A program made the translations under genes and the position numbers. Positions 38,261 to 51,205 of a stretch of 64,000 nt of DNA are shown here, piece after piece. Position 1 is the stretch's first letter. Each line of letters opens with the position of its first letter. The notes under the pieces were generated by a model. The model was given only the letters and a program-made list of their open reading frames with translations. It searched no databases and was not told where the DNA came from. The DNA is taken from NCBI GenBank assembly GCA_037379345.1, contig CM074511.1, positions 70,252,862 to 70,316,861 of the forward strand, in the 5' to 3' direction. This DNA is from Perna viridis. Its lineage: Eukaryota.

Positions 38261-39924
38261 TTTGGATAGTTAGTTGTTTAGCAGTGTGATATGTGATTTG
38301 GAATACTTTTCCAAGCTGTTGGCTGTGTAAACTTTTGAATTCTTTTGAAGAAGATATGACCACCTATCAACACCGTGACAATTTGTTGAGAAGCCTATGA
38401 GCAATTTTATGTTGGCTACGCTGGAGTATTCAACTCAACTCATGTACAATCCGATTCCATGTTTTTCCACATATTTCAAAATGTAACAGTTTTGTCATAA
38501 AATTAAGTGGTAACTTATTATATTTTTGCTTTTTCAAGGACCGGTTCATTGGGAAAAATATCTATGACATCTGAAAGTTGTGTTTGTCATATTGGTAACT
38601 GACACACCATTTGTCACTTAGATAGTTACAGCACTGAAAAGTATAATACTGTAATATCCTAGGGAGAACATTCCCTAAACTGTTTGATAAATTCTGATAA
38701 AACTTTGACAGTATGATAATAAGGTATTTTGCGATGGTGAACCTGCTATTTTGTGTTTGGATTTAAATGATTTGGGGGACATGTGGATATTCTTTGACCA
38801 CAGTATTACTAGCTTTAACTGCCGTGAATATGATTTTTAGAAGGGTTGTGTTCACTCTGAGTTGTGTATGAAGTATATTATAAATTTAAATGATGTAAAG
38901 TTCTTGTTCAGGAACTACTTCTACCATCATCTTCCCTGTTTACAACACAGAGTGATTGCGGTGTTCTCCCCATCTTGTCACAGTGTTAAGTTATGGAGCT
39001 TAACATGGATGTATGGGAAATAAAATTCAAATAAAGCTTGTTAAAACCCAATTACATACAAGACTTTTGTCAGAAGGATGTTTGTCAGTTGAGTTTTCTT
39101 CATGGTGTAGATATTCATTGTTAGAAATGTAAGGCCATCATTTTACCTTTTATATTCATTGTTTTGAAATAGTATGACTGTGCTGAATTTGACAATGTAT
39201 TTTCTATGCTATATGGTAAATGATGCTTTCTGTATTTTCACACTTTTTGTATGTTTGCTTGAATTGAGCAGTATGAATAATTCTTTGTTTAGTTATGCCA
39301 ACAAAACCATTGAATCCTGGAATATATTTAAAAAAACAAATTATCATTGTAATTACCTGATAAGACATACTGTCATAATTTGTGTATAATTTGACATGCA
39401 TATTTGATGATTTATATGTGTACAGACCACTCTACATCTTCCACTGACTTCCTGTAATTATACTACTCATCAGAATATTTATGGACCGTCAGACCTTCTA
39501 TCTGACAAGAATTGTTTACATATAATTTACATACAAAGATTTATGGGTTGATAGTGATGATGGAGAATGACATGCTTCATTAAGCCACTGCTCTCATACT
39601 ATGATAATACTATGTTATTGAATTTCAAATCATTGGCAGGCATTGACAGTGAAATGTGTCAACAGTGTTGCCTCCATCCATTTAGAGTACTTTTCTGTCA
39701 GGAATCCAAGGTTACAGACAGACATACACATGGAATGAAATATCCATGTATTCTGGAAGAATCTGACTGTAAGCTTGGCATAAAAAAAAACAACCCATTA
39801 TTGATGACTTGTGTTAAATTTTGATGCTAAAGACTCTTGCTCCAATAATTGACTAAATAATAAACTTGCTTAGTTTGAGTAATTTTATAAACAGACTTTG
39901 TTGACATGAACACGAAGTATATTG

Positions 39925-40033
39925 AAACCTGTTTATAGTGAACACCATTCAGAATGTGTTTATAGTGAACACCATTCAGAACCTGTTTATAGTGAACACC
40001 ATTCAGAACCTGTTTACAGTGAACACCATTCAG
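39925..40033. repeat. 27-bp unit x4
   Basis: aacctgtttatagtgaacaccattcag repeated. Confidence 0.9.
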
Positions 40034-41137
40034 AGGTAGTTAATACAGGTGTTTGGTTTATCAAGGTTCATTGAATGTTTATAAAAGGGTTGTCTGGTGT
40101 AGACAGGTTCTGACAAACTGAAATTTTCACTCATCCGTCTAATTGATAAAGCATTGGAAGTGTCATTGTTGGAGTGTAATGACTAATATTGTGTAGATTT
40201 ATTGGCACTGGTGCTTAGTCAAGGCTATCTGTTTACTCCAGCAATTAGTGACCAGGGATTTAAGTAGTTCATGAGTATTGTCAAGAACTACTGTCTATAA
40301 TTCTCATGGCATTAATTAATAACTTCAACTATAGGGTCAACTTGTTATAAAATTTCAAAGTTTTTATATTTAAGGGTCTAATTTGAAGAGGAATAAAGAT
40401 ATTAGCTTTCAAATTACTTGCCCTGTTAGGATATTTTTTGTGACTGAATATTGTGTCTGTATTAATTAGTACTAATTAAGTAGAATTCACTCTGGGAAAG
40501 ATATAATGAGCACAAACATGTTCTCCTTTTAAACCATCTAAGGTTACTACCATGTTATATAATGTTTTAAGATAACCACTGAGATGTCAGCAAGACTCTA
40601 GATAAAACCTAAGGGAGAGTTGTTGCTTTTGGCACTTTATCTGTAAATAATAACAATTTTTGTCAGAAAATTGCATGATCACATTCTGAATTAGACTATA
40701 GATTATAATCAACACAAGAAACAGACTATAAGTATGTAAACAGTAGCAGCATGTGGAAACCCAGAGTTAGGTAGGAGTTCTGTTTTATTAAGATAATTTG
40801 ATCTAATTAATGGTTTGTGTTAATGTTAAAAGTTTTTGAAATAACTTAATGCATACTTGTACATAATTTTATGCCTAGTAATCAACAGTTTAGATTGTGT
40901 TCCAGATGAAAGTTGTGTAATGTTTTCTATGATTTTAGGTCACCTAACTTCATCATCAATCCATTTCTAATTTTTTTGTTGACTACTTGTACTTAAGTCA
41001 ATGAGCCATTATCATCTGGTATTTACTTGGGTGTGTTGTATCCTCTGGAAGTATTTTGAACTCTGTGATAAAGAATGTTCATCTTGTTGAAATACTTTTT
41101 GGAATATTCAAAACTTACACTTTTAATATGATAACTA

Positions 41138-41318
41138 CTGTAAATTCTGACATTATCGCAATGATTTTATTTATTATTTTGATAAGCAGGACTGACTTAA
41201 ATTCTCAATTTTAAAACTCATGTTATGGAATTTTGAATATTTTCTGCAATTTTTTTCTCTAAATTGCAAAAATTGAAATAACATTTTTGGCTACAAAATA
41301 TAATTTCTGCATTTACAG
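41138..41318. mobile_element. Small TA-flanked MITE
   Basis: tactgtaaattctgacattat pairs with ataatttctgcatttacagta (18/21 including the TA). Confidence 0.7.
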
Positions 41319-42187
41319 TAAAAAAAGTTCTGTGTTAAATGAGTGTTCCAACAATTTGACAGTTTTGTTTTAGATTTTAAGTATAACAACCCTGATTTCT
41401 TAATAGCATCATGGAATTTCATACCATGGCTGTATTTATCTACTTATGAATAACAGATTGGTTTCAATGGAAATTAAGTAATTTAGAAATCTAGTTAACC
41501 CTTAAAACAGTTTTGTATAGAAAAATGTTAAAAAAAAATGATATAACAATAAAATTTCACCTTCATTATTCATAACAGATTTTGTTTTAAGAAGTTCTTG
41601 TAAAATCTTTCATGTTTAAGTAGCTCAAGCTTCAAGCTGTTGTTCAAATAATTGAAGTATACATTTTTTTTATTATCTTGATTAAGGCAGATTTTTTTTG
41701 TGTGTGAGAACATTTCAGGATGAAATGAATATGAAATGGATTTGCTGAAAGTAATAAAAATAACCTTGTCAAAAATAAAATAACATGAAGCTAAAATTAA
41801 TAACCCTGCAGTGAAAGCCAGCGGGACCTATTTCATCTAATGTGAGCACAGATTGACACTTGAAAGTTAATTGATGTTGTCTATATAATTTTACATAGAA
41901 TACAATTCTACTTTCAAGGACATAAAATCGATATCTCTATTTTCAATATAATTTTGTAAATGTCATAAAAAAATGGGGAAACTTTAAGTTGTTTAAACAA
42001 TGGAAGAGAAGAGAACATTTCAGCTTTCCCACTCTTTGTGATGTCCTTGAATTTAAGTTGAATCATGCATTTGTAATAAAATTTACATATGGTAGTGAAA
42101 TGTGAGTCTCAACTTATGTTCCTGTTGTGAATCTCCTGTTACAAGTAGGTAGGAAAGTCATTGAAAATTGGTTCTGGTACCTACTTG

Positions 42188-42920
42188 GTAGATTATTGTG
42201 AACCTGGTTTGTCAAGAACTATTTCCCCTTTTGTTCCCACCTTCTGCAGACTATTGTGAACCTGGTTTGTTAGGATCTATTTCCCCTTTTGTTCCCACCT
42301 TCTGCAGACTATTGTGAACCTAGTTTGTAAGGATCTATTTCCCCATCTTTTCCACCTTTTGTAGATTATTGAGAACCTGGTTTAATAGGATCTATTTCCC
42401 CATCTGTTCTCACCTTCTGTTGATTATTGTGAACCTGGTTTGTAAGGATCTCTTTCCCCTTTTGTTCCCACCTTTTGTAGATTATTGAGAACCTGGTTTA
42501 ATAGGATCTATTTCCCCATCTGTTCTCACCTTCTGTAGATTATTGTGAACCTGGTTTGTAAGGATCTCTTTCCCCTTTTGTTCCCACCTTTTGTAGATTA
42601 TTGAGAACCTGGTTTAATAGGATCTATTTCCCCATCTGTTCTCACCTTCTGTAGATTATTGTGAACCTGGTTTGTAAGGATCTCTTTCCCCTTTTGTTCC
42701 CACCTTTTGTAGATTATTGTAAACATGGTTTATTAGGATCTATTTCCCCATCTGTTCTCACCTTCTGTAGATTATTGTGAACCTGGTTTGTAAGGATCTC
42801 TTTCCCCTTTTGTTCCCACCTTTTGTAGATTATTGTAAACATGGTTTATTAGGATCTATTTCCCCATCTGTTCCCACTGTCTGTAGATTATTGTGGTTTG
42901 CTAAGATCTATTTCCCTTTC
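42188..42920. repeat. 58-bp minisatellite with 116-bp dimeric higher-order structure
   Basis: Units start at 42361, 42419 and 42477, alternating between gagaacctggtttaataggatctatttccccatc and gtgaacctggtttgtaaggatctctttcccctt. Confidence 0.93.
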
Positions 42921-43514
42921 TACAGAGGTCACGGGATGGCATTACTTTTATTGAATTACTTTTGATATTTGGCAGTCAAAAATTGTTACAACCTACAGTA
43001 ATTCCTTGCATGTGATTTTACTTTTTGTATCTTAAGATATGGCCAAATTTTGCACTTAGGTTAAAAAAGATGTATCTTCCTGAAAGCCAGCTGAATTCAT
43101 TTTACATAGTTACTCTATGCACTGTATTTGTTCATGTTATTATTACATGCTAAACTACGTCAATAGCAAAAAGCATGTGCCACCAGAGAAATTATCACTA
43201 ATTTTAGCCATTAATAAAGGAAGATTGATATTTCTGGGTTTTCACAGCCTATCATTCTATATTAATATGATTGTGTAAGGCTATAACCTGCTGTATCATG
43301 GGAATTTCTATTCAAGTGATAAAAAATACCTTGTTTTGGTTTTACAAAGTTTTTCCTGTAGCTAAGGAAGAGAGTATGTGTTTTGGTGGAAATGGAAACC
43401 TTCAAATTACATGTACTGGTATTCAGTAAGTTATCATTTACAGACTAATCATTTTTTTCACTCTAGTATTTAGTTTACCTTGGGTCTAATGTCAGTTTGA
43501 ATGCAGTTTGACAT

Positions 43515-43740
43515 CTTGATTTCTATGGAATGGAACACACTTTTATTCGTAGGTACCAGTTTCTGTGGTTTAGGGGGCAAATGCTAGTTCAAATGAAGAT
43601 TTTTGAATTTGTTGATGTGACAATTCCATCTTACAAATGTATTGGAAATTTCCTTTTCAGTGAGAACCAAATTTCTTGGTTTACTAAATCTACGATGACC
43701 ATGAATATTGATACCCTATGAACAATAATACTTATACACT
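43515..43740. mobile_element. Highly decayed MITE
   Basis: Loose inverted repeat between tattcgtaggtaccagtttctgtgg and ccatgaatattgataccctatgaacaata. Confidence 0.35.
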
Positions 43741-44472
43741 AATTAGTAAAATAGAAAGTTATTATGGAAATGAAAGAGAAATCTTAAATCCTTATTATTT
43801 TAACTATGACCTTATAGATAGAGTGGTGTATCAGTTACTCTCATGTATGGTTATTAACTAGAGCTAAGAGACAGGAAATGTGAGTGTTCAGGGAGGAAGA
43901 AGTAGGTGTAATGGAAATTCATGGTACATTGTAAGCTAAGTAGTTTACTTACTAATATTTGTGGTCATCATATGGTATTTGGTTCAAGTCTTATTCAGGA
44001 TGATTAACAGTAAAAGTCTAATAGGACCACAAAATATCTATGGAGCTCTGTCTGGAAATTTGTTTATGAGGTTGTACATTTTCAAATATTTCTTGGCTGC
44101 TTTGTTTAGATTGCATGCCTTCAATTGCTGAACAGCATATGTAGATGCTTCGAGGCAGTAAATTTTCAGGTGGTTTGAGTTCTGAAATTAAACATGTAAT
44201 GGAAGGTTACAGCTGTGTTTATAATTTGAATGACTTCATCTGTTGTAAACTAAAATAAATCCTGTTGAATAAATAGTTGTTTTAACAGTAAGAAAGGCAG
44301 AGTTGTTAAGGTTATAGATATAAACCTTTTCACAATTGCCATGGAAACAGTTTCTTTTGAACACTGAACTTTCTTGTTTTTACCTAGTATATGCATGTAT
44401 TGTTTAGACAGGATGTATAGTTGTATATCATTGTCTGTCCTCCATCAGTTCATTTGTCATTTACATTTCCTT

Positions 44473-44523
44473 TATATATAATATTGCTGCTCGGACGTTA
44501 AACCCCAACAAACAAACAAACAA
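44473..44523 (+). mobile_element. Tail-only (5'-truncated) insertion of the structured retroposon or its partner LINE
   Basis: atattgctgctcggacgttaaacccc(aaca)n is identical to the tail of copy 1. 10-bp TSD ACATTTCCTT (44463-44472, 44524-44533). Confidence 0.88.
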
Positions 44524-44818
44524 ACATTTCCTTCAGTAACTTTAAAGAACAATTTGGAGTAAAAAAAAAACTTGATTCATTAAAGTATTGAGGTGATGTC
44601 TCTATTGGTCAGAGATTCATACCTTCCGTATCATGCATTTGGATTGATGCATATTGTTGGGGTATTTTTTTTTTATGGGGAAGGTGTAATTGAATATTGC
44701 TTTCAATCACCATAAGCTAATCATAAATATTCATTTTAAGTATAAATTGGATGGGTGTATTAAAACTGACAGTGCAACTCTTTATTAGATACTCACCCTT
44801 TTTTGCCAATGTGGATTG

Positions 44819-45317
44819 GCCCCGTGAAAGTCCGGATGTCCAAAGAATAGGCCTACAGCAGTGCTAAGCTTGTCGTAAAAGGCGACTAAATGTGCTCAGA
44901 AACCTAGCCGGGGGCTAGGCGCTCTGCCCACAGAGCAACTGGGATGTGTGCCCCAGGTGGTGGAATGGGGTACCCCTGGTTGTCAGGCTATAATACGGAA
45001 AACCTGAACGCAAACCATAGTGGTGCACTGTGTTGGGAAAGATGCCACGTTCCTCGCACCTGCTGTGGTATTCGATAGGAGTAGGAACCTTTGCGCTCTG
45101 CCACAGGAGGCTAAATTGCCAGACCCTACCCATCCCTCACATTTTCTTGTGGCAATCAAAATTTGTCAACCCTATTATCCTTGTGTCCCATCCCTTTTTT
45201 CATATCATCATCATCATTTCATGTTCATTTTATCATCCCTTTCATGTTCATCGCCTGAATATAGCTGAAATATTGCTGCTTCGGCATTAAACCTCAACAA
45301 TCAATCAATCAATCAAT
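44819..45317 (+). mobile_element. Structured non-autonomous retroposon, copy 2
   Basis: Same 5' start gccccgtg, 12-bp TSD CAATGTGGATTG (44807-44818, 45318-45329), and a (CAAT)n tail. Confidence 0.92.
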
Positions 45318-46007
45318 CAATGTGGATTGTGTCTTTAAAAAAACTTAATGATTTTATACTTAGTTGCCAATTCTGTGCGTGATCTGATCCTTGCTTGAAC
45401 TGGTCTATACTCTCCAACCATTATTTATGTTTGTTTCATGATGACCATAATCTGTTATATGACATATGTTGTTGTACCTGTATTCAGCGCAAGCCTTATT
45501 ATTTCTTCTTCATGATTCTTTTTACATCTGTCCAAGGCTTATCATGACCAAGACGGTTTATGCATCTGAATTTAGACTAGTAAGATTTCATATCATTTGC
45601 TGATCTAAAACAAGATGCTGAACTTAATCAAGTTGTTCATCACCTGATGATAAATAGAAAATCTGAGAAAATCTTATCATTGAGTTTTATCGCTAGTGTT
45701 GATACATCCCCTTAATTCATGAAAGTATTTTTGGTTGTTAGTGATCCAGGATAAACACATTAGATGGTGAGTCATCTCAGTTTAAGGTTCATGTAATAGT
45801 CGTTCAGATGTTATACTAATTGACTGATATAAAAAAAGTCTGTGTAAGTCAATTCTTTTGGAAATAGTGTTTGTATTATGGAATTTCTTTTATTTGTTTT
45901 GGTATTAACTATGAATATCTACAAAACCATTATTTTTCATTGCTCTTTATTTCAAACGTATTGTACAGGTATTAATAATGTGTAAATACAAAAAAGTCCC
46001 TGTCATA

Positions 46008-47693
46008 ATTAGGGCCCTGCCCTATAGTGGGTCGCCCTATAGTGGCCAGTCCGTCCGTCACTCAGTCGTCTGTAACAAATTTGTATCCGCTCTATATCTA
46101 AAGAACCGTTGTGACTTCATACTTTATACTTAACATGTATATTAACCGACACCAGAGGGTGTGTCATAATGTATGTACAACTTCCTAGGTCAAAGGTGAA
46201 GGTAAAAAAACTTTGGTTTCAGTTGACAACCCCATGTCCTGTGGTAAAGATCGTGTCTGCTCTATATCTTGAGAACCGTTATGATTTCAAAGTTTATACT
46301 TGACACGTATATTAATCAACACCAGAGGGTGTGTCACAATGTATGAACAACTTCCTAGGTCAAAGGTCAAGGTCAAAAACTTTGGTTTGAGTTGACAACC
46401 CCATGTCCTGTGGTAAAGATTGTGTCTGTTCTATATCTTGAGAACCGTTATGATTTCAAAGTTTATACTTGACACGTATATTAATCAACACCAGAGGGTG
46501 TGTCACAATCTATGTACAACTTCCTAGGTCAAAGGTCAAGGTCAAAAACTTTGGTTTGAGTTGACAACCCCATGTCCTGTGGTAAAGATTGTGTCTGTTC
46601 TATATCTTGAGAACCGTTATGATTTCAAAGTTTATACACATGTACAACTTCCTAGGTCAAAAGTCAAGGTCAAAAACTGGTTAAAATCGCACATAACGAG
46701 ACTATGTAATAACTTAAAGAATGCTTCATATCAGCTTTTTTTTTACCACATGTTATTAACCAGCTACCAAAAAAATACCTTAAAATATATCTAAAACTGA
46801 CCAATTGATATGAATTCAAACCGGGCATCTGTACAGGGCCAATATGAAAAAAGAGGGCCAATATGGATCAAACCAGGGCCAATACGGCATCATAACTTCC
46901 GGTCATTTGACACTGCCATTTTAATTATGACTTCATTATCCTGCTGGATTATTTATGCATATGTACATAAACATGTATATAATTAACCAAACAAATAATC
47001 AACTTAGAATAAGGTAAGAAAACTTGATTTTAATTTGGCATGTCATTCAAATACAATCACAAGCACTAAGGAGCTTCAGACCGAATATAAAACATACATT
47101 ATGTAACCAGACAAACTAGAATCAAAGGATGTGCACATAGAAAACAAAACAAAAAGGAATCCAACATAACTATGATATGCAAACCAATAATTTATTACAC
47201 CTGGCAACCCTATTGTAATGCCGAAAACAAAAGAACAGAATATAATTTCAATTGCACAATTGTATATCTTCAATGTTCTTTCAGAATTGTGTAATTTCAG
47301 GAACTTTGATCACCAGGACTTAAAGCTGCAGAAACACAAAAAAATCTTCCGTTTTTACGAAAAGGATATTTAAGACTGATTAATGCAAATAAACCTACAT
47401 GTTCTTGACAAAACACGAAAACAACTGTTCTACAAATCATCTTGTTGAGTTGGTTAATAAAATTGTCAATAAGTATGTAATTTCATATTGGCCCTTTTAT
47501 AGGTCTCATTCAATCATATTGGCCTTGACAACCGTATTCGTCCTCGGCGATGCCTCAGGACCAATACGACCGCCTCAACCAATATGACAGACTTCAAACC
47601 TATAAGAGGGCCAATATGAAATTACATATTTATTAACATATATTATTGACAGCGGAGCCCACAGAGATGATTCCCATTTCGATGATATCTAGT
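46008..47693 (+). mobile_element. Helentron/HINE element with 169-bp internal tandem repeats and a nested insertion
   Basis: 5' ttagggccctgccctatagtgggtcgccctat plus gtccgtccgtc, units at 46221, 46390 and 46559 (period 169), and a 3' end gcggagcccac...gatatctagtt. Confidence 0.8.
46800..47638. mobile_element. Nested element with gggccaatatg repeats and a 175-bp terminal palindrome (possibly Crypton-type)
   Basis: Three gggccaata motifs at ~46835-46885 and a long hairpin at 47464-47638. Confidence 0.55.
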
Positions 47694-48244
47694 TACACCT
47701 GGAATTAGTGTCCGTAGGTCTGTATACTATCAGCTTTCATTATATGTTGACTATATACCTTTCATTGCTATTGACAGAGATGAGATATTTATTTTCCAAT
47801 GAAACACAAAGATTGTATTCTCCATTGCACTTTTAGTAGTGCAGGATGGATGCATTTTGTGCTGAACCTTAAAAGGAAATTTTGAATACAACTTGATTAG
47901 AATGGTCTTTTTGATCAGATTTGCTCCAAGAATTGATTTGCACTGCATCAAGTTGACTAAAAAGTAAATTAACAAGTTTGTTGTTAGCAAACATAAGTTA
48001 GGTTTATATTACTTGTAATTAAAACATTTCTATCAGATGGATTGTGTTTTCATGTGGAGTAAGAGCTGATGAAGAGATTTATGAAGCAGTTTTGCTGCTA
48101 TTGATGTATTGAAAATTTCAAGTTTTTTTCTGGTTAATGGTTATGATTTTAGAATTACTTTCACCTAATTAAATTTTTTCTTAGCTACATCATTTTAATT
48201 GAAACTTTCCTTTAACTTCTTCTGAACATTGACTTTTCTCTCTT

Positions 48245-49040
48245 GTGTATTGTACTGTGTGCATGGGAGTAGACTATAAGTCTGAGATTTGACCATTAAG
48301 TATATGATTGTGTATTGTACTGTGCACATGGAATAGACTAAGTTTGTGTTCTGTCCATTAGGTCTCTATTATAATGTGTACATGGAGTAGACTGTAAGTC
48401 TGTGTTCTGTCCATTAGGTCTCTGTATTGTACTGTGTACATGGAGTAGTCTGTAAGTCTGTTGTCTGTCCATTAGGTCTGTATTGTACTGTGTACATGGT
48501 GTAGACTGGAAGTCTGTGATCTGTCCATTAGGTCCCTGTGAGAGTGTTGTACTATGTACTTGGAGAAGACTGTAAGTCTATAATCTGTCCATCAGGTCTC
48601 TGTGTGTTAATTGTACAGTGTATTTTGAGTAGATTAAGTCTGTGATTTGTCCATTAGGTCTCTGTATTGTACTGTGTACGTGGGGTAGACTGTAAGTTAG
48701 TGCTCTGTCCATTAGGTCTTAATGTGTGTATTGTACTGTTTACATTGAGTAGATTAAGTCTGTGATTTGTCCATTAGGTCTCTGTATTGTACTGTGTACG
48801 TGGGGTAGACTGTAAGTTAGTGCTCTGTCCATTAGGTTTCTGTGTGTGTATTGTACTGTGTACATTGAGTAGATTAAGTCTGTGATCTGTCCATTAGGTT
48901 TCTGTGTGTGTATTGTACTGTGTACATTGAGTAGATTAAGTCTGTGATCTGTCCATTAGGTCTCTGTGTGTGTATTGTACTGAGTTCATTGAGTAGATTA
49001 AGCCTGTGATTTGTCCATTAGGTCTCTGTATTGTACTATT
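48245..49040. repeat. Minisatellite, ~56-62 bp unit, ~13 copies
   Basis: tgtattgtactgtgtacatggagtagactgtaagtctgtg.tctgtccattaggtctc repeated. Confidence 0.92.
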
Positions 49041-50049
49041 TTTTTTGGGTAAAGGGTGAATTTGTGATTTGTCTATTTCTGTATTTAATCCTATTTGAGT
49101 TAGTACATAGCATGATGTGAACAGGAGATCTGTCTATGATGGATCTATAGTTTTATATTAGTGTGTTTCGTTGAGCACATAAGATGGACAGTAGTGCTGT
49201 CTATACCCTGTTGTTTAGGTCAGTGTTACAGCAATTAACTAATCACATGGTGAATAATGGAGTATTGTCTGTTATCTGTCCATTAGGTCCATGTTACTGA
49301 TCATATTGATATAGAAGATGCAGCTACCTTCATAAATGAAATGTAGATCATTATTTGATGATTTCACCTTAAACTTGGGATGTTCCTTCCTCAGTGAGGC
49401 CAGAATTGGCAAACAAGATCATAAAACTATTCATTGTGACTTGTTGTACAGTTCTCCATTATATCTACTGCATTACAGTTAGTATCCTACTTTATGTTTG
49501 TTTCTTAAGCTCCAAATTTCATAAACTGATCAAAGAAATAAACATTCTGTGACTAAGTTGAGAACTCAGATTAATGTTTTTAGAAAAATATTTTGTAGAA
49601 ATGTTAGAGTTTCAATAAACTGCAGGCTCTAAAATTAATAAGATAAACTGAATCATGAATGATTGTTGTAAATGATGCCTTTAGTAAGTGATATTATTGT
49701 CATGGGAGATCATGTAGAGCTATTACATTCTTTTCATGTGTTTAGTGCTACATATATAGCAACCTTTTGATCTTCTTTTACAACTTCTGTTTCTTTCATC
49801 TGTTGAGAAGTTGTTTATGTGGCTCCCAGTAGGAACTTAATCCATGTCTGTTATTTAACAGTGCATGGTTATTATGGCAGTCTTAAGTGTGTGAAAAAAT
49901 TCACCATTCCTTCTCCAACCTTTTTATGAGTTTAGGGTCAAAGTTTGTACATGAAAGTAGTTAAAACCTGTAAATAAGTAGTGTTTAAATTCCTTTCAAA
50001 TGGAAGAAAATATTTTTAGAAGTGCGAAATGAAGTAGAGGGCATGATGA

Positions 50050-50880
50050 ATAGTTGACCTGTTGAAGGAGGTTGGTGTTATTGGAAGGTTGGGAAGGGAG
50101 TAGTGATGATTAGTTGACCTGTTTAAGGAGGTTGGTGTTATTGGAAGGCTGGGAAGAGTAGTGATGATTAGTTGACCTGTTGAAGGAGGTTGGTGTTATT
50201 GAAAGGGAGTAGTGATAAGTTGACCTGTTGAAGGAGGTTGGTGTTATTTGAAGGTTGGAAAGGGAGTAGTGATGATTAGTTGACCTGTTGGAGGTGGTTG
50301 GTTTTATTGGAAGAGTAATCAAGGGAACCAAGGTTATAGCGGTAATCAAAAGAATGTAATCCAGGGATAAAGACCACACATGGAAAACAGACATACACAA
50401 CAAAGAACATAAAGTAACTAAAATCATACATACATACAAAGTAACAAATCATACATACAAAGTAACGAAAGCAAATGAGCAACTCCGACTCCACTAAAAA
50501 CTGGGAGCATGGACCAGGTGCATCGGTAGGGTAAGTGTTCTCTGCTTTTCTAGAAACAGCTGCCGAGTTGCTCATAAAAAGTCAAGTCCGGGGTAGACGA
50601 AAGAGGAAAGGAAAACTACGACATGTTGAATAAATCAGTTTTCATGGCGCAGGTTGGAAAGGGAGTAGTGAAGACTAGTTGACCTGCTGAAGGTGGTTGG
50701 TTTTATTGGAAGGTTGGAAAGGGAGTAGTGATGATTAGTTGACCTCTTGAAGGTGGTTGGTGTTATTGAAAAGTTGGAATGGGAGGACTGATGATCAGTT
50801 TACCTGTTGAAGGTGGTTGGTGTTATTGGAAGGTTGGAATGGGAGGACTGATGATCAGTTTACCTGTTGAAGGTGGTTGA
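50050..50880. repeat. ~60-bp G/T-rich minisatellite interrupted by a retroelement tail
   Basis: agttgacctgttgaaggaggttggtgttattggaaggttggaaagggagtagtgatgatt, period 60 (50052 to 50112). Confidence 0.92.
50311..50650 (-). mobile_element. 3' terminal region of a Penelope-like retroelement, copy 2
   Basis: Reverse-complement match to 15686-15947 over 50311-50598, plus ~50 bp of unassigned sequence. It splits one minisatellite unit. Confidence 0.75.
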
Positions 50881-50954
50881 TATCTTCTTGTAAAGAAAAG
50901 GGAAACAATGATACTTCTACAAGATCTTACAACGTGTGAACTTATACAACACAT

Positions 50955-51205
50955 TTTTAAGTCGCTAATATTGTTAGCGACTTCTTGCACTCATAATTTT
51001 TGTACTTAATATTCACATATGATTTGCATAAATATGTAGTTATACACCACTGCAGATCGTCAGTGTTCACCACCATAGCGTCATAGTTCTAGCTTCATAC
51101 AAGATAAAAATATACCCTTTAAGTTTTATTCACATGTGTTTCATGCTTGTACAAGAATGTTTGATGATTGGGGACTTTGAAGACTTCAGTCTTTGATTAC
51201 TAATC
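50955..51205 (+). mobile_element. Family A HINE-like element, internally deleted
   Basis: tttttaagtcgctaatattgttagcgacttcttgcac...catagcgtcatagttctagcttcatac...gaagacttcagtctttgatt. Confidence 0.75.
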
